The position numbers and the translations under genes are program-made. The notes beneath the pieces were generated by a model. It was not told where the DNA came from. It was given only the letters and a program-made list of their open reading frames with translations, and did not search any database. A stretch of DNA of 64,000 nt, taken from the NCBI GenBank assembly GCA_963835065.1, contig CAWIEK010000063.1, forward strand, positions 64,001 to 128,000, given 5' to 3'. Source of the stretch: an uncultured Chthonomonadaceae bacterium (GTDB lineage: Bacteria; Armatimonadota; Chthonomonadetes; Chthonomonadales; Chthonomonadaceae). Positions 53,001 to 63,148 of the stretch are shown here, in pieces; within the stretch, counting starts at the first letter, position 1; every line of letters starts with the position of its first letter.

Positions 53001-53335
53001 TTGTCGCGCACTTCCTGCGTGGCGATGTCAACGTCCTTTTCCAGTTGGAAGGTGATGAAGATGACGCCGACGCCCTCATACGCGGTGGAGTTGAGCGTAT
53101 CAATGCCGCTGATGGTGTTGACGGCCTCTTCCACCTTGTCTATGACTTCGGTTTCGATCTCTTCGGGCGACGCGCCATCCTCGCGCAGCGTGATGGTAAC
53201 GGTCGGGAAGTCTACTTTGGGAAAACGGTCAACGCCCAGTTTGGTGTAGCCGAAGTAACCGACAACCGTAAGCGCGAGAATGATAACGGTCGCAAACACG
53301 GGACGGCGCACACAAATTTCTGCCAGCCACTGCAT
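50099..53335 (-). CDS. RND (AcrB-family) efflux transporter
   Basis: RRPVFA, GIVIDDAIVVLEN, KKNGILQVD and RLRPILMTT motifs. Heptamer insert at 51719-51787 in the central cytoplasmic loop. Confidence 0.95.
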   Translation of the reverse strand: MQWLAEICVRRPVFATVIILALTVVGYFGYTKLGVDRFPKVDFPTVTITLREDGASPEEIETEVIDKVEEAVNTISGIDTLNSTAYEGVGVIFITFQLEKDVDIATQEVRDKVSGVLADLPQDLKAPIVDKVDPDAAPILEVALSSPGNVRDTTEYADKTLRRQLENVSGVGQVTLLGGRKRQINIILDPGKLRAVNLTAIDVERALQSQNIQVPGGKVDQNTRELTLRTHGRVEVAQNFNDIVIAKKGGAFIRVSDVGHVEDSVEDENTTALYNGVPTVILSIRKQSGLNTVATVDGLKDRLKQIEKGLPPGYKIIITRDQSEYIKASTDAVKEHLKLGSILAALVVLIFLWNWRTTIISAIAIPASIISTFALMYAKDFTLNSLTLLALTLSVGIVIDDAIVVLENIYRFIEEKGMTPFEAAIEGTREIGLAVLATTLSLIAVFLPVAFMSGIVGRFMNSFGWTMAFAIFVSLIVSFTMTPMLASRWIKRSKPAAAEPSSDGLPVGVPSEEGVTQGTGNREQGTGQPATSHKSPTTNEGSKHKGIFKPIDAVYTWMLHFSMRHRWIVILACLLALFSMKFTVPMVSKNFLPDDDELQFQVSVRAPEGTTLRATTAIASRIADDIRKLKGVAYTVVTIGNNAQQTPNLAAIFVKLVDVSKRPDLTQQDLTQMARTQVLPKYGNLRTSAGPVPAFSTGAPQAVITYFIGGPDLKELTKYSQNVLAEFKKVPGVVDADTSLIVGQPELGIVPDRQRAADLGVSVADIANTGHLLVGGDKVTDYFENGEQYEVHVRADLPYRNDPSVISQMTVPSTTNPGGTVTLDQVADFTTGTGPSQITRQDRRRNVLITSNVLPTASQSDVSAALQKIIDKQHMPPQYTSGPSGTSKELVKAAVAFVTTFLLAIIFMYLILAAQFESWIHPITILLALPLTVPFAILALVIFHQSLNIFTVLGLMVLFGVVKKNGILQVDHTNQLRARGMNRYDAIIQANRDRLRPILMTTIAFVAGMIPLVFSSGTGAATNRGIGYTVIGGQTLSLLLTLLATPVIYSVFDDIVTTPLWGKLRTGLGRLNPRARRP

Positions 53336-53367
53336 AACATGTCTCTCCTGCCGCGCATAAAATTGCC

Positions 53368-53402
53368 GGTGTTCAGGTATTCGGGTGTTCGGGTATTCAG
53401 GT
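53368..53402. repeat. Octamer array (GGTRTTCR)n; a complementary array lies at 54097-54140
   Basis: GGTGTTCA GGTATTCG GGTGTTCG GGTATTCA; related arrays at 45909-45942 and 12966-12993. Confidence 0.8.
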
Positions 53403-53526
53403 CGCGGATGCTGCCTGCTGTCCGGTAAAATTAGTTCGGTTACGAACTAATTTGCGGGGAACCTTTTTTTCTGGTGTCTTATGGTTCGCATACGAACCGC
53501 GACGGCGGTAAATTCCTGCCTGTACA

Positions 53527-54045
53527 CTAACCGCCGTGCAAATTCGCGCAAATGCTTGCCAGCGTTTGATGCAGCATTGCCAGTTCTTCATCCGAAATTC
53601 CGCCAAGCGCCTGCTGCTGCACCTGGAACCACAGGGCGCGGAGTTGGCGTTCGCGCTTACGTCCCATTTCGGTCAAATACAGGCGTGACACGCGGCGGTC
53701 TTCGGGGGCGCGTGCGCGGGCGACAAGATGGGCGCGTTCCAGGTCTGTGACGAGCGGCGTGAGCGTGGAGTTTTCCAGCCCGCAGCGCCGCGCCAGTTCG
53801 CCCAGCGTCAGGCCGTCCTCGTCGCCCAAATGCAGGAGCAGGGGCGTCGCGCCGGGGTTCACGTCGTCAATGCCCTCGTCGCGCATCTGCTGCAAGGCGC
53901 GTTGACGAAACGCCAGCCCGACCTGCTTGAAAACGCGATACAGCGGCTCGTCGCGCAAGGCCGAGGAGGGCGGGTCAGCCTCCGGCATCCCGCAATGCGG
54001 CACAGACATGCGAGGCATAAGCACAGGCTTGTTCTCAGTCTTCAC
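53527..54045 (-). CDS. MarR-family regulator
   Basis: LTLGELARR...LERAHLVAR...DRRVSRLYLTEMG. Confidence 0.9.
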   Translation of the reverse strand: MKTENKPVLMPRMSVPHCGMPEADPPSSALRDEPLYRVFKQVGLAFRQRALQQMRDEGIDDVNPGATPLLLHLGDEDGLTLGELARRCGLENSTLTPLVTDLERAHLVARARAPEDRRVSRLYLTEMGRKRERQLRALWFQVQQQALGGISDEELAMLHQTLASICANLHGG

Positions 54046-54142
54046 AACAGTCCCCCTTGTACGGCGCGGCTGCTGTTAAATGAAAACGCCTCCTTGCCCG
54101 AACACCTGAACACCTGAATACCGAACACCTGAATACCCGATT

Positions 54143-54400
54143 TCAGATCGTCCACGATTGTTCCTGACCAACCGGCGTGACGGTGATTCCCAGGCGGCGC
54201 AAAAACTCCATGCCCGCTTCCAGATCGTCGGCATCGCCTTCGATTTCCAGAATCATCATGCCGCCCGCGTTGTGGTCAATGTTGGCGCGGCGGATGTTGG
54301 GAACCAGCCGATAATCCGTGACCAGATGATAAATGATTGGTTCCTTCACCCGTTCCAGCGGGTAATCCAGTTTCACGCGCATTGTTTCCAGTTCAGCCAT
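54143..54400 (-). CDS. NIL-domain protein
   Basis: EPIIYHLVTDYRLVPNIRRANI...G.MILEIEG. Confidence 0.85.
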   Translation of the reverse strand: MAELETMRVKLDYPLERVKEPIIYHLVTDYRLVPNIRRANIDHNAGGMMILEIEGDADDLEAGMEFLRRLGITVTPVGQEQSWTI

Positions 54401-54403
54401 ATT

Positions 54404-56719
54404 TTAAATATCCTTTTCTGATTCTGGCACTTGGGTTTCCTGTGAGCAAAGCAATTGCCACACGCGCAGGGTTTCGGCGATGCTCCATGCCTGCGCGTAA
54501 CAGCCGTTGGGACGGTGCGGTTCGGCTCCGTCAAAGATTTCGGCCAGACTGCCAATGCCAAATGTCGTTAGCTGCGCCTGCAAGCCGCTCAACATCTGCT
54601 TTGCGCCTTCCACATCGCCCGTTACCTTTGCATACGCTTCGGCAAACGGGCCGAGCAGCCAGGGCCACACGGTTCCCTGATGGTACGCGCCGTCCCGATG
54701 CCACGCATCGCCCTCATAACGCGGCTTGAAATCGGGATCATGCGGCGACAGGGTACGCAGTCCACACGGCGTCAGCAACTCCTCGCGCACAACCTTAATA
54801 ATGGCAGTCGCCAATGCGGAACTCGGCTCGACGATGGGAAACGGCAGCGACAGCGCAAAAATCTGGTTAGGACGCACACTCAAGGATGAAGGATGAAGGA
54901 TGAAGGATGAATCCGCTCCTCCTGTTCCCTGTTCCCTGTTCCCTGTTCCCTCCGCGTCGTCCAGCACATCGTACAGGCCGCGTCCGTCTTCGCGGGCGAA
55001 GCGGGAGAGGAAACTGGCCTGTGTTTGCTGCGCCTGTTGTGTGTACGAATTGCCGGAGGAATCGTTCAGCAGATTGGCGAAATGCGCCATGACGCGCAGG
55101 GCATTAACCCAGAGCGCGTTGATTTCGACGGGCTTGCCGATGCGTGGCGTCACGACCCAATCACCCACTTTGGCGTCCATCCACGTCAGTTGAACGCCGT
55201 CTTGACCGGCATACAGCAGGCTGTCATTGACGTCCACATGGATGTTGTAGCGCGTTCCCTGCTGATGCCAGTGGACAATCTGCTTGAGCGTTTCCCACAG
55301 GCCACTTGACAGCAGGCCGACATCCCCCGTCGCTTCCACATACCGGTAAATGGCGACAAAGTACCACAGCGTGGCGTCTACGGTGTTGTATTCCGGCGTT
55401 TCGCCCACATCCGGGAAGCGGTTGGGCAGCATGCCCGCGTCCACATACCGCGCGAATGAAAGCAGGATTTCGCGGGCAATATCCATTTTCCCGGTTGTCA
55501 GGCACAAGCCGGGCAGGGAAATCATCGTATCCCGCCCCCAATCCCCAAACCAGGGATAGCCCGCGATAATCGTAGACCGAACCCCCGGAACCTGCACGAT
55601 GAATTGGTCGGCGGCGAGGGCAAGCTGCTGTAGGAGGGTGTTGGGTGTTGGGTGTTGGGTGTTGGGAAATGATGAGTGATGAGTGATGAGTGATGAATGG
55701 GCTTCTAATTCATCATTCATCATTCCGCGTTCAGCATTTCCTTCTGTTCCCTGTTCCCTGTTCCCTGTTCCCTGTTCTTCCGCGCTGGCGGCTACGACGA
55801 TGGTTTGACCGGGCGTTAGTGGGAGAGACAGGGTTCCGGGGGCGTACAGGTCTTCCTGAAAGTCCTGGCCCCGTTCCTGTTCGCGGGGGTGCTGGATGTG
55901 GTAGTACCAGTCGGAGTGGGGTTCAAAATGGGCGGCGGGAACGGGCTGGCTGTCGGCGGCAAGCAGGCGCAAGCTCAGCGTGGTGGGAACCGATGTGACG
56001 CGGGCAATGGGCGGCAGCAGCAATTGCAGTTCGGAGGCAGATTCAGAGGAAAGCCAGGTCGCGGACGGGTGGAAGTCGCCGGCGGCCATTTCGCTGTGGT
56101 AATCGCGCCAGGCAAGGAGAGGTATAAGGGACAGGCGGACGGCTGTGTTTTCCGGCGCGTTTAGCAGTCGGTACGCGATGTACGTGGTGTTCTCGCCCTG
56201 CGCCATCCAGACACGTTTCTCGAAACGAAGGCCGGGCGCGGGCTGCCATATCCATGTCGGCGTCGGGTACGCGCTCCAGGCTTCCAGATATTGATAGCCC
56301 TGTGGGTAAATCGCGCCAGGATACACATTGGCCGACAGCGCATAGGCAGTATTGGAACCCTGCGCGTCCGTGACTGTCAGGGTTTCTTCCAGTTTCGACA
56401 GCAGCACGGCGCGGCCAACGGGGGGATTGAGCGCGGCGACAAGCAGGCCATGATAGCGGCGCGTGTTGGCAGTGGCGAGGGAAGCGGACGCATAGCCGCC
56501 CAACCCGTTCGTTGCCAGCCATTCGCGGCGCAGGGACTCGTCCGCATTACGCAGCAGTTCCGCGCCAAAGATAAGATTATTTTCAGCGCTCCACTCGCCT
56601 GCGTTCTTTAACTCGCCTGCGTTTATATTGTCTGCGCCTTTCTCGCCTGCATCGGACTTACTGACATCGGGCTTACCTGAGTCGCTTGTGTTTTCGGCAT
56701 TGAAACTGTCGGCGGTCAT
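54404..56719 (-). CDS. Glycogen debranching enzyme (amylo-alpha-1,6-glucosidase)
   Basis: EWLATNGLGGYAS, IAGYPWFGDWGRD, LTWMDAK, RPNQ, YHQGTVWPW and QAWS motifs. Two heptamer inserts (54882-54951, 55635-55777). Confidence 0.92.
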   Translation of the reverse strand: MTADSFNAENTSDSGKPDVSKSDAGEKGADNINAGELKNAGEWSAENNLIFGAELLRNADESLRREWLATNGLGGYASASLATANTRRYHGLLVAALNPPVGRAVLLSKLEETLTVTDAQGSNTAYALSANVYPGAIYPQGYQYLEAWSAYPTPTWIWQPAPGLRFEKRVWMAQGENTTYIAYRLLNAPENTAVRLSLIPLLAWRDYHSEMAAGDFHPSATWLSSESASELQLLLPPIARVTSVPTTLSLRLLAADSQPVPAAHFEPHSDWYYHIQHPREQERGQDFQEDLYAPGTLSLPLTPGQTIVVAASAEEQGTGNREQGTEGNAERGMMNDELEAHSSLITHHSSFPNTQHPTPNTLLQQLALAADQFIVQVPGVRSTIIAGYPWFGDWGRDTMISLPGLCLTTGKMDIAREILLSFARYVDAGMLPNRFPDVGETPEYNTVDATLWYFVAIYRYVEATGDVGLLSSGLWETLKQIVHWHQQGTRYNIHVDVNDSLLYAGQDGVQLTWMDAKVGDWVVTPRIGKPVEINALWVNALRVMAHFANLLNDSSGNSYTQQAQQTQASFLSRFAREDGRGLYDVLDDAEGTGNREQGTGGADSSFILHPSSLSVRPNQIFALSLPFPIVEPSSALATAIIKVVREELLTPCGLRTLSPHDPDFKPRYEGDAWHRDGAYHQGTVWPWLLGPFAEAYAKVTGDVEGAKQMLSGLQAQLTTFGIGSLAEIFDGAEPHRPNGCYAQAWSIAETLRVWQLLCSQETQVPESEKDI

Positions 56720-56805
56720 GGCTGTTGTTTCCTTCCAAGCCTGTACGCGCACACGCAGGAACGTGAACAACCTGTGCGCCGAACAAGCCTACAATTGGCC
56801 TACAA

Positions 56806-57321
56806 TTAAGAGGAAGCGGTGGCAAGCCGCTTGAGTTCCTGATACAGCGCGAGGCGTTCGCGGCCCCATCCATCGGCGCGGGCGCTGGAACTATGCGCGA
56901 CGAACACGCCCGTCTTCCCGATGCGCTCCGCCTGCTCGCCCCAATCCATGCAAACGCGCCCGGTTGCCAGTTTGTAAACATCTTTGCCGTTAAAGCAGGC
57001 CCATCGCGGCGCGTACTCTTCAATTTTGCGCCGCAATTCACTGCGCTGCGTGGCGGTGGGCGGGGGCAGCAGATGGTTGGCGCTCGTGGACGTGTGCTTG
57101 TACAATCCGGTCAGGCCGATGTGGTACTGCAAAACCTGCGTGTCTTCTTCGGGGCGCAATTGGCGCGGCGTAAACCCGGACTGGTGCAACACGAGCCAGA
57201 ACTTATTGGTCGGCCCCGCGTAATAATGCCCGCTTTGCGCCGAGGACAGGCTCGGAGCCGCCCCGACAAAGATCACATCAAGGCCATGCGCAAGATAATC
57301 CGGCAGAATAGGTGTTGTCAT
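56806..57321 (-). CDS. mug: Mismatch-specific uracil DNA glycosylase (Mug family)
   Basis: LPDYLAHGLDVIFVG..P, GHYYAGPTNKFW, FNGK and SSS motifs. The usual GINP motif reads GAAP here. Confidence 0.85.
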   Translation of the reverse strand: MTTPILPDYLAHGLDVIFVGAAPSLSSAQSGHYYAGPTNKFWLVLHQSGFTPRQLRPEEDTQVLQYHIGLTGLYKHTSTSANHLLPPPTATQRSELRRKIEEYAPRWACFNGKDVYKLATGRVCMDWGEQAERIGKTGVFVAHSSSARADGWGRERLALYQELKRLATASS

Positions 57322-57340
57322 GCCGCGTTCGTAACAGGAA

Positions 57341-57456
57341 TGGACTATTAACAATTGTCCGGTATAATGAGAAAGGGAACGTGCAGTAACACGTTCCCTA
57401 AACCTTGACTTACCGGCTCGTCAAAGCCTGTAAGTCATTAGCAAGGAGGAACTGCA
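57341..57456 (+). promoter_or_regulatory. Promoter and two-hairpin structured leader with strong RBS
   Basis: TGGACT-16-TATAAT; hairpins AGGGAACGTG/CACGTTCCCT and TGACTTAC.GGCT/AGCC.GTAAGTCA; AAGGAGG before ATG 57457. Confidence 0.7.
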
Positions 57457-57559
57457 ATGAGCAGTTTCTGCTTCTGGCTTGGCTTCGGTGCCAACGTCAT
57501 TACCATTGTTGGCAACAATCTTGTTCACGGCGACGATCCTGATGGCGGGCGCGATGTAA
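57457..57559 (+). CDS. Candidate small hydrophobic peptide (~33 aa if one indel is corrected)
   Basis: MSSFCFWLGFGANVITI(V) continues in the +1 frame as LATILFTATILMAGAM*. Confidence 0.45.
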
Positions 57560-57592
57560 TTGTACGTCTGCTGCATGAACCCCGCAGGAATT

Positions 57593-57781
57593 TTACTTGT
57601 CGGCAACCGGCGAAGCGTCAGGCGCGCTTTGTATTGGAGTGGAAGCAGGCGCGGAGGTAGACGCAGGCTGTGGCGCGCTGATTGTGTGCAGCCCAGCCTC
57701 GCGCCGCACCCAATCCGGCCACTCCTGTGCGGCTCGCGCCGCTGCTTCCAACTGTTTTGTAAACCATGTCGTTTCCTGCAT
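57593..57781 (-). CDS. Small hypothetical protein directly after the deaminase
   Basis: AGGAGG RBS within the deaminase 3' end; 62 aa. Confidence 0.55.
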   Translation of the reverse strand: MQETTWFTKQLEAAARAAQEWPDWVRREAGLHTISAPQPASTSAPASTPIQSAPDASPVADK

Positions 57782-57785
57782 TCTG

Positions 57786-59324
57786 CTAACCTCCTGATGT
57801 ACTTTCCACCGTTAGTTCGCTCAGTTTTTGTTCTAACTGAGCCAAGTGTGACTTTTCATTGAAATTTGTCATGTAGTGCGCCCATCTTCCCAAACGCGGC
57901 ACAGCCTGAGCAGGCTGCCACTTTAGGGCCACACCGTTATTATCCTTGCGCTTATCCATAGCAAAAAGCTCCAGATAGCGCCGGGGAGCCAGGCCGACAA
58001 AAGGCTCAAATTGTACGCGACCGTTTGTGCTGCCCTCTCCTTCGATACATATCGAGTCTGCGTGAAGATTCCGCGCCAAGCTTTTAGCATAGGGTTCAAT
58101 ATACACGACGCGCATAATGCCTGCCGCTACCATGTGCCGCGCGCATCCATGACAGGGAAATGTCGTTGTGTATACAGTACAGTCTTGTACAGCCACGCCA
58201 CGCCGCGCGGCATCTGTTAATGCCGTCATTTCTGCATGAACAGGTCGCTGATACTCTGTCAAACCGGTAAACTCCGCTCCTTCCATAAGCGCTGTTTTAC
58301 CCTCCAGCAATGTTTTGACAAGTTCTGGAATAGATTGTTCCCGCTTATCTTCGGCCAGCCAGTTATTGTCTTTCAGGCGCTGAACGATATCGCCAAACAT
58401 CTCCCGGCGCATAGCATCACTGCTGTCATGTCCAATGATATGATCACGCGCGTCAGGTTCATCTTCGTACCAGTAAATCCCGCCACCAGCGCGGGGAACT
58501 TCGTTTGCGCCAGTGGCAACAAGGCTGCCATTGGGTGCAGCAATTACAGCGCCTACCTGCCTGCCCAACGAAGCAGAGCGATAGGCGGCAGCTTGCGCCG
58601 AAAACATCAAGTATTCATCGCGCGTCGGGGTATGAAAAGGATGTCCAAACCACAATTGCACGATACGCTGAATGGCGGCTGTTAAATGTGCAGTATCACT
58701 GGCATCTACAAAGGCATCGCTGCGCCAAAACGTTGCGCGCACCTGCTGACCAAAAACTTCCCCGGCCTCAGCCTCATCACGGTTGATTGCTTCTATCGCT
58801 TTACTTTCAAACTCTTCTATACGAAAGCTGTTATGCGACGCCATAATCTGGCGCGCAATGTTTCTACACGCTTGTGGCGTGGCGAATACGCGGAAATCAG
58901 GAAAAAGGAAGGGCCATAAATGGCGCGCAAGGTTTCCACTTCCTGAGAATGTTTCAACGAACGTAAAATGAACGCATGATTAGGTACTGGATGGTCGTCA
59001 TCTGTCCGCTCGGAAACGGTCTGTTGTCGCTCCTCGCGCATTTTACCGACCGCAAGCAAAGCGACTGCATCCCCACGCTCCGTCAACCGCCGCCACTCAT
59101 TTCCGGCACTCATGTAGGCATTCAATTTTGCTTCATAATATGGTGACTCAGTTAAAGAAACGGACGGGAAGAGGAATGGGAATATCATGCAGCAAATGAC
59201 TGAGGCGTACCTCAGTGTGCGTATAGTTTACTTCCGCCAACGCATGATGCAGAGCGGCGCAAACAGGAGCAAGGTCAGTTCCTACAGCGCCCACCAATCC
59301 AATAACAATCTCCGGCCTGTCCAT
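57786..59324 (-). CDS. Anti-phage dCTP/dCMP deaminase (AvcD-like kinase-fold + deaminase), frameshifts near 59180 and 58850
   Basis: N-terminus MDRPEIVIGLVGAVGTDL (RBS GGAGGAG), SLKH..EV..LR.IYG, RS..LGRQVGA, GANEVP, VHAE, FPCHGC and YIEPYAKS motifs. Confidence 0.85.
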
Positions 59325-59655
59325 ACTCCTCCTGTCATCCTACCGCCTACATACACGCATCCTGTTGTTACTTGCATACCAAGGCAAACTTGTACTCCCC
59401 GCTCAATCATGGCAGCCAACATTGCTAAATTCGTTTCGCGCATACGCCTTTCCTGCCCGACATCGCAGAAAGAGTACGTCTGCTCACGAAAGATTGCAGG
59501 TAGGCATTGATTTTTCTATACACACATGGCAAGATAAGGATACAAGTCGCCACTGATTACCGAATACTCCCCCAAGCGGTGAGGCAGCCAATACTAGTGG
59601 ATCAGGGATTAGGGCGGCTTTACTTACGCCACATTACTGCAAAGGATAGTTCGCC

Positions 59656-61299
59656 ATGCCTATAAGTCCGCTTGCCGGAAAACCGGCTCCCGCTGCTATG
59701 CTCGTTGATGTTGCCCAACTGCTGCGCCAGTACGATGATATTCACCCCGACCCGGACGACCCGCTCCAGCAGGTCAGTTTCGGCACGTCGGGGCATCGGG
59801 GCACGGCGGCAAAAGGCTCGTTCAACGCCGACCATATTCTTGCCATCACGCAGGCCATTGTCGAATACCGAAGCGCGCAGAACATCACAGGGCCGCTGTA
59901 CATGGGCATGGACAGCCACGCGCTTTCCGCGCCCGCGCAGTGCAGCGCTCTGGAAGTGCTGGCCGCGCATGACATTCCCGTATTTATCGCCGCCAATGAG
60001 GGGTTTACGCCCACACCCGTGATTTCCCACGCCATTCTTACTTATAATAAAGGGTGCAAGGACGGGCTTGCCGACGGCATCGTGATTACGCCCTCGCACA
60101 ACCCGCCCGAAGACGGCGGCTTCAAGTACAATCCCCCCAATGGCGGCCCTGCCGATACCAACATCACGGGCTGGGTGCAGAACCGCGCCAACGAACTGCT
60201 GAAGGCCAAACTCAACGGCGTCCGGCGCATGAGTTACGAACAGGCGCTCCGCGCTTCCACCACGCGCCGGTACGATTACATCCGGCCTTATGTCAACGAT
60301 TTGGGCAGCGTGATTGATATGGAAGCCATCAAAGCGTCCGGGCTGAAATTGGGCGCGGACCCACTCGGCGGCGCAAGCGTGGCGTACTGGGAACCCATTG
60401 CTGAAACCTACGGCCTGAATTTAACGGTTGTGGACAAGACCGTTGACCCGACCTTTCGCTTTATGCCCGTTGACCACGACGGCAAAATCCGCATGGACTG
60501 CTCCTCGCCCTACGCCATGAACAATCTGATTGCCCTCAAAGATCAGTACGCCATCGCGTGGGGTAACGACACGGACGCGGACAGACACGGCATTGTCGCG
60601 CCCAGCATCGGCCTGCTCAATCCCAACCATTATCTTGCCGTCGCCATCCACTACCTGTTCACGAACCGCCCCGATTGGCGCATGGACAGCGCAATCGGCA
60701 AAACCGTCGTCAGCAGCAGCATCATTGACCGCGTGGCGCAATCGCTGGATCGCAAACTGATGGAAGTGCCGGTGGGGTTCAAGTGGTTCGTGAGCGGATT
60801 GGTGGACGGCTCGTATGGCTTCGGTGGCGAGGAAAGCGCGGGCGCGTCGTTTCTGCGCAAGGATGGAACCGTCTGGACAACCGACAAGGACGGCCCGATT
60901 ATGGACTTGCTGGCAGCCGAAATCACCGCCCGAACCGGCAAAGACCCCGGCATCCATTATCAGGAATTGACCGCGAAATTGGGCAATCCAATTTATACCC
61001 GCATTGACGCGCCCGCCACGCCCGAACAAAAAGACAAACTCAAAAAACTGTCGCCCGAAGCCGTCCGCGCTTCCACCCTCGCCGGCGACCCCATCACCGC
61101 CCGCATGACCAAAGCGCCCGGCAACAACGCCGACATCGGCGGCCTGAAAGTGGTGACGGCTAACGGCTGGTTCGCCGCCCGTCCGTCCGGCACGGAAGAC
61201 GTGTACAAAATCTACGCCGAAAGTTTCCACGATCAGGAGCACCTCGACAAAATCGTCGAAGAAGCCCGCCACATCGTTAACGACGCGCTCCAAGCCTGA
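59656..61299 (+). CDS. pgm: Phosphoglucomutase (alpha-D-glucose phosphate-specific)
   Basis: [28 protein letters not shown] and RPSGTE motifs. Confidence 0.97.
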   Translation: MPISPLAGKPAPAAMLVDVAQLLRQYDDIHPDPDDPLQQVSFGTSGHRGTAAKGSFNADHILAITQAIVEYRSAQNITGPLYMGMDSHALSAPAQCSALEVLAAHDIPVFIAANEGFTPTPVISHAILTYNKGCKDGLADGIVITPSHNPPEDGGFKYNPPNGGPADTNITGWVQNRANELLKAKLNGVRRMSYEQALRASTTRRYDYIRPYVNDLGSVIDMEAIKASGLKLGADPLGGASVAYWEPIAETYGLNLTVVDKTVDPTFRFMPVDHDGKIRMDCSSPYAMNNLIALKDQYAIAWGNDTDADRHGIVAPSIGLLNPNHYLAVAIHYLFTNRPDWRMDSAIGKTVVSSSIIDRVAQSLDRKLMEVPVGFKWFVSGLVDGSYGFGGEESAGASFLRKDGTVWTTDKDGPIMDLLAAEITARTGKDPGIHYQELTAKLGNPIYTRIDAPATPEQKDKLKKLSPEAVRASTLAGDPITARMTKAPGNNADIGGLKVVTANGWFAARPSGTEDVYKIYAESFHDQEHLDKIVEEARHIVNDALQA

Positions 61300-61311
61300 T
61301 GAAAGGAAAAT

Positions 61312-62836
61312 ATGGTGTCTCAAAAACTGCCTTGCAGAACTCGTTTTGGAAAGCGAACGCTTTGGCGCGGCGCTATTGCGCAGGCCGCTTGCGCCGTTTT
61401 GCTCCTCAGCCTCGGTGTGTGCGGAACCGGCGAAGCGCAAAACGCTTTTGTTCGCAACAGGAAGCCCGCTATGAGACTGCCACATCCGAAGCATGAGAAC
61501 CCGAAGCCCACTGCCGTCCCTGGAGGAACTGACGGCGAAAGTGGATCGTTTTGTCAAGCCCCTCATAGACGGCGAAGTGGTTTCCAGTTTGGCTATCGGA
61601 TTGATGGATGGCGACAAAACGTACATTTTAGGCTATGGAAGCGTTTCGCCCTCCAAACCGGGCAAGCCGGACGGGAACACGCTCTATGAAATCGGCTCCA
61701 TCACCAAAGTATTTGCCGGCATTGCGCTTGCCGACGCGGTGGAACAAAAACAAGCGTCGCTTTCCGATCCGGTTGCGAAATACCTGCCCACTTCCGTGAA
61801 GATGCCAGCGTTTGAAGGGACGCCGATTACCCTCCTCGATCTTGCCACGCAAAGTTCCGGTTTGCCAGGACTGCCGGACAACTTCGCGCCCAAAAACCCC
61901 GCCAACCCTTATGCCGACTATACCGAAGACAGGCTGTTCGCGTTTCTTTCCGGTTACAAACTCACGCGCAAACCGGGTGAAAAGTACGAGTACAGCAATC
62001 TGGGCATGGGGCTGCTCGGCTACGCGCTGGCAAGGCAGGCCAAAACGCCCTATGAGGAACTGGTCAAGCAGCGCATTTGCCGGCCATTGGGCATGAGCAG
62101 CACAACCTTTACGCTTGATGCGGAACAGCGCTCCCGCCTGGCGGCGGGGCATGATGCGGACGGCAATGTGGTTAAGAATTGGGATTTGGGGGTACTGGCA
62201 GGCGCGGGAGGCTTGCGCTCCGATGTCAACGATATGCTGCGCTTTATGCAGGCCAATTTGATGCCTGAGTCGGGCTTGATTCCGGCGCGGCTGCAAACCG
62301 CCCTGCGCGGGGCGCAAAAGCCACAGCGTTCCATTGCGGGGCCGGGGCATATCGGGCTGGCATGGCACATTCTGCCCGACAGCAAAACCCTCTGGCACAA
62401 CGGCAGCACGGGCGGCTATCGTTCGCTGCTGGCGTTCAATCTGGAAACAAAACGAGGCGTTGCGGTATTGTGCGGCACGGCCAGCGAAACCACCGATGCG
62501 CTTGGCTTCAGCCTGCTGCGGATGCTGGGCGGCGAGGAACCCGCGTCCCTCAAAGTACGCCTGCCCGCTCCAATTGACACCGCTGTTTACGCGAACTACG
62601 TGGGCGATTACCAACTCGCGCCCGGAGTAATTTTAACGGTCGCGCGGGAACAAAATCATCTGCTGGCGCAACTGACGGGGCAGGCGAAATACCGCTTATA
62701 CCCCGCTGCGGAAACAGAGTTCTTTTATCGGATCGTGGACGCGCAAGTTACGTTCGTCAAAGGCGGCAACGGCAAAATCGAAAAACTGATCCTGCACCAG
62801 AACGGCAGTAACCTGCCCGCAAACAAAGTCAAGTGA
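61312..62836 (+). CDS. Serine hydrolase (beta-lactamase class C-like) with DUF3471-like C-domain; frameshift near 61490 separates the signal peptide
   Basis: EIGSITK, YSN and HNG motifs; C-terminal YVGDYQL. Confidence 0.85.
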
Positions 62837-63044
62837 TGCTGACTTCTTTACATCCAAAACCAAAGGCTTTGTTGATCTGGAAGGCGTATTCCGGGGCAGG
62901 GTCGTGTTGTTCAGAACCAGCTATTGTGTAAGCATGCATTTGCTTGCAGTCGTTTCATGCCTCATTATTTAACATCATGAACTCATCACCTACCGTTCTG
63001 CCTCGTCAACAAGCGAAGCAGGACGGCTTTTCACGTTTTGTCGG

Positions 63045-63135
63045 TTCGATGTTTTCCTTTGACTCCCGCAGACTTTGACTCCCGCAGAATAAGAAGCGTT
63101 TTTCACAGCTCGTACTTTGCGGAAGCAGGCAATGG
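63045..63135 (-). pseudogene. Decayed fragment of a HEPN paralog
   Basis: AKYEL*KTLLILRES matches AKHELRKALLILRPS of 63659..64000; contains a 16-bp tandem duplication. Confidence 0.65.
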
Positions 63136-63148
63136 ATCAAGCGGCGTA

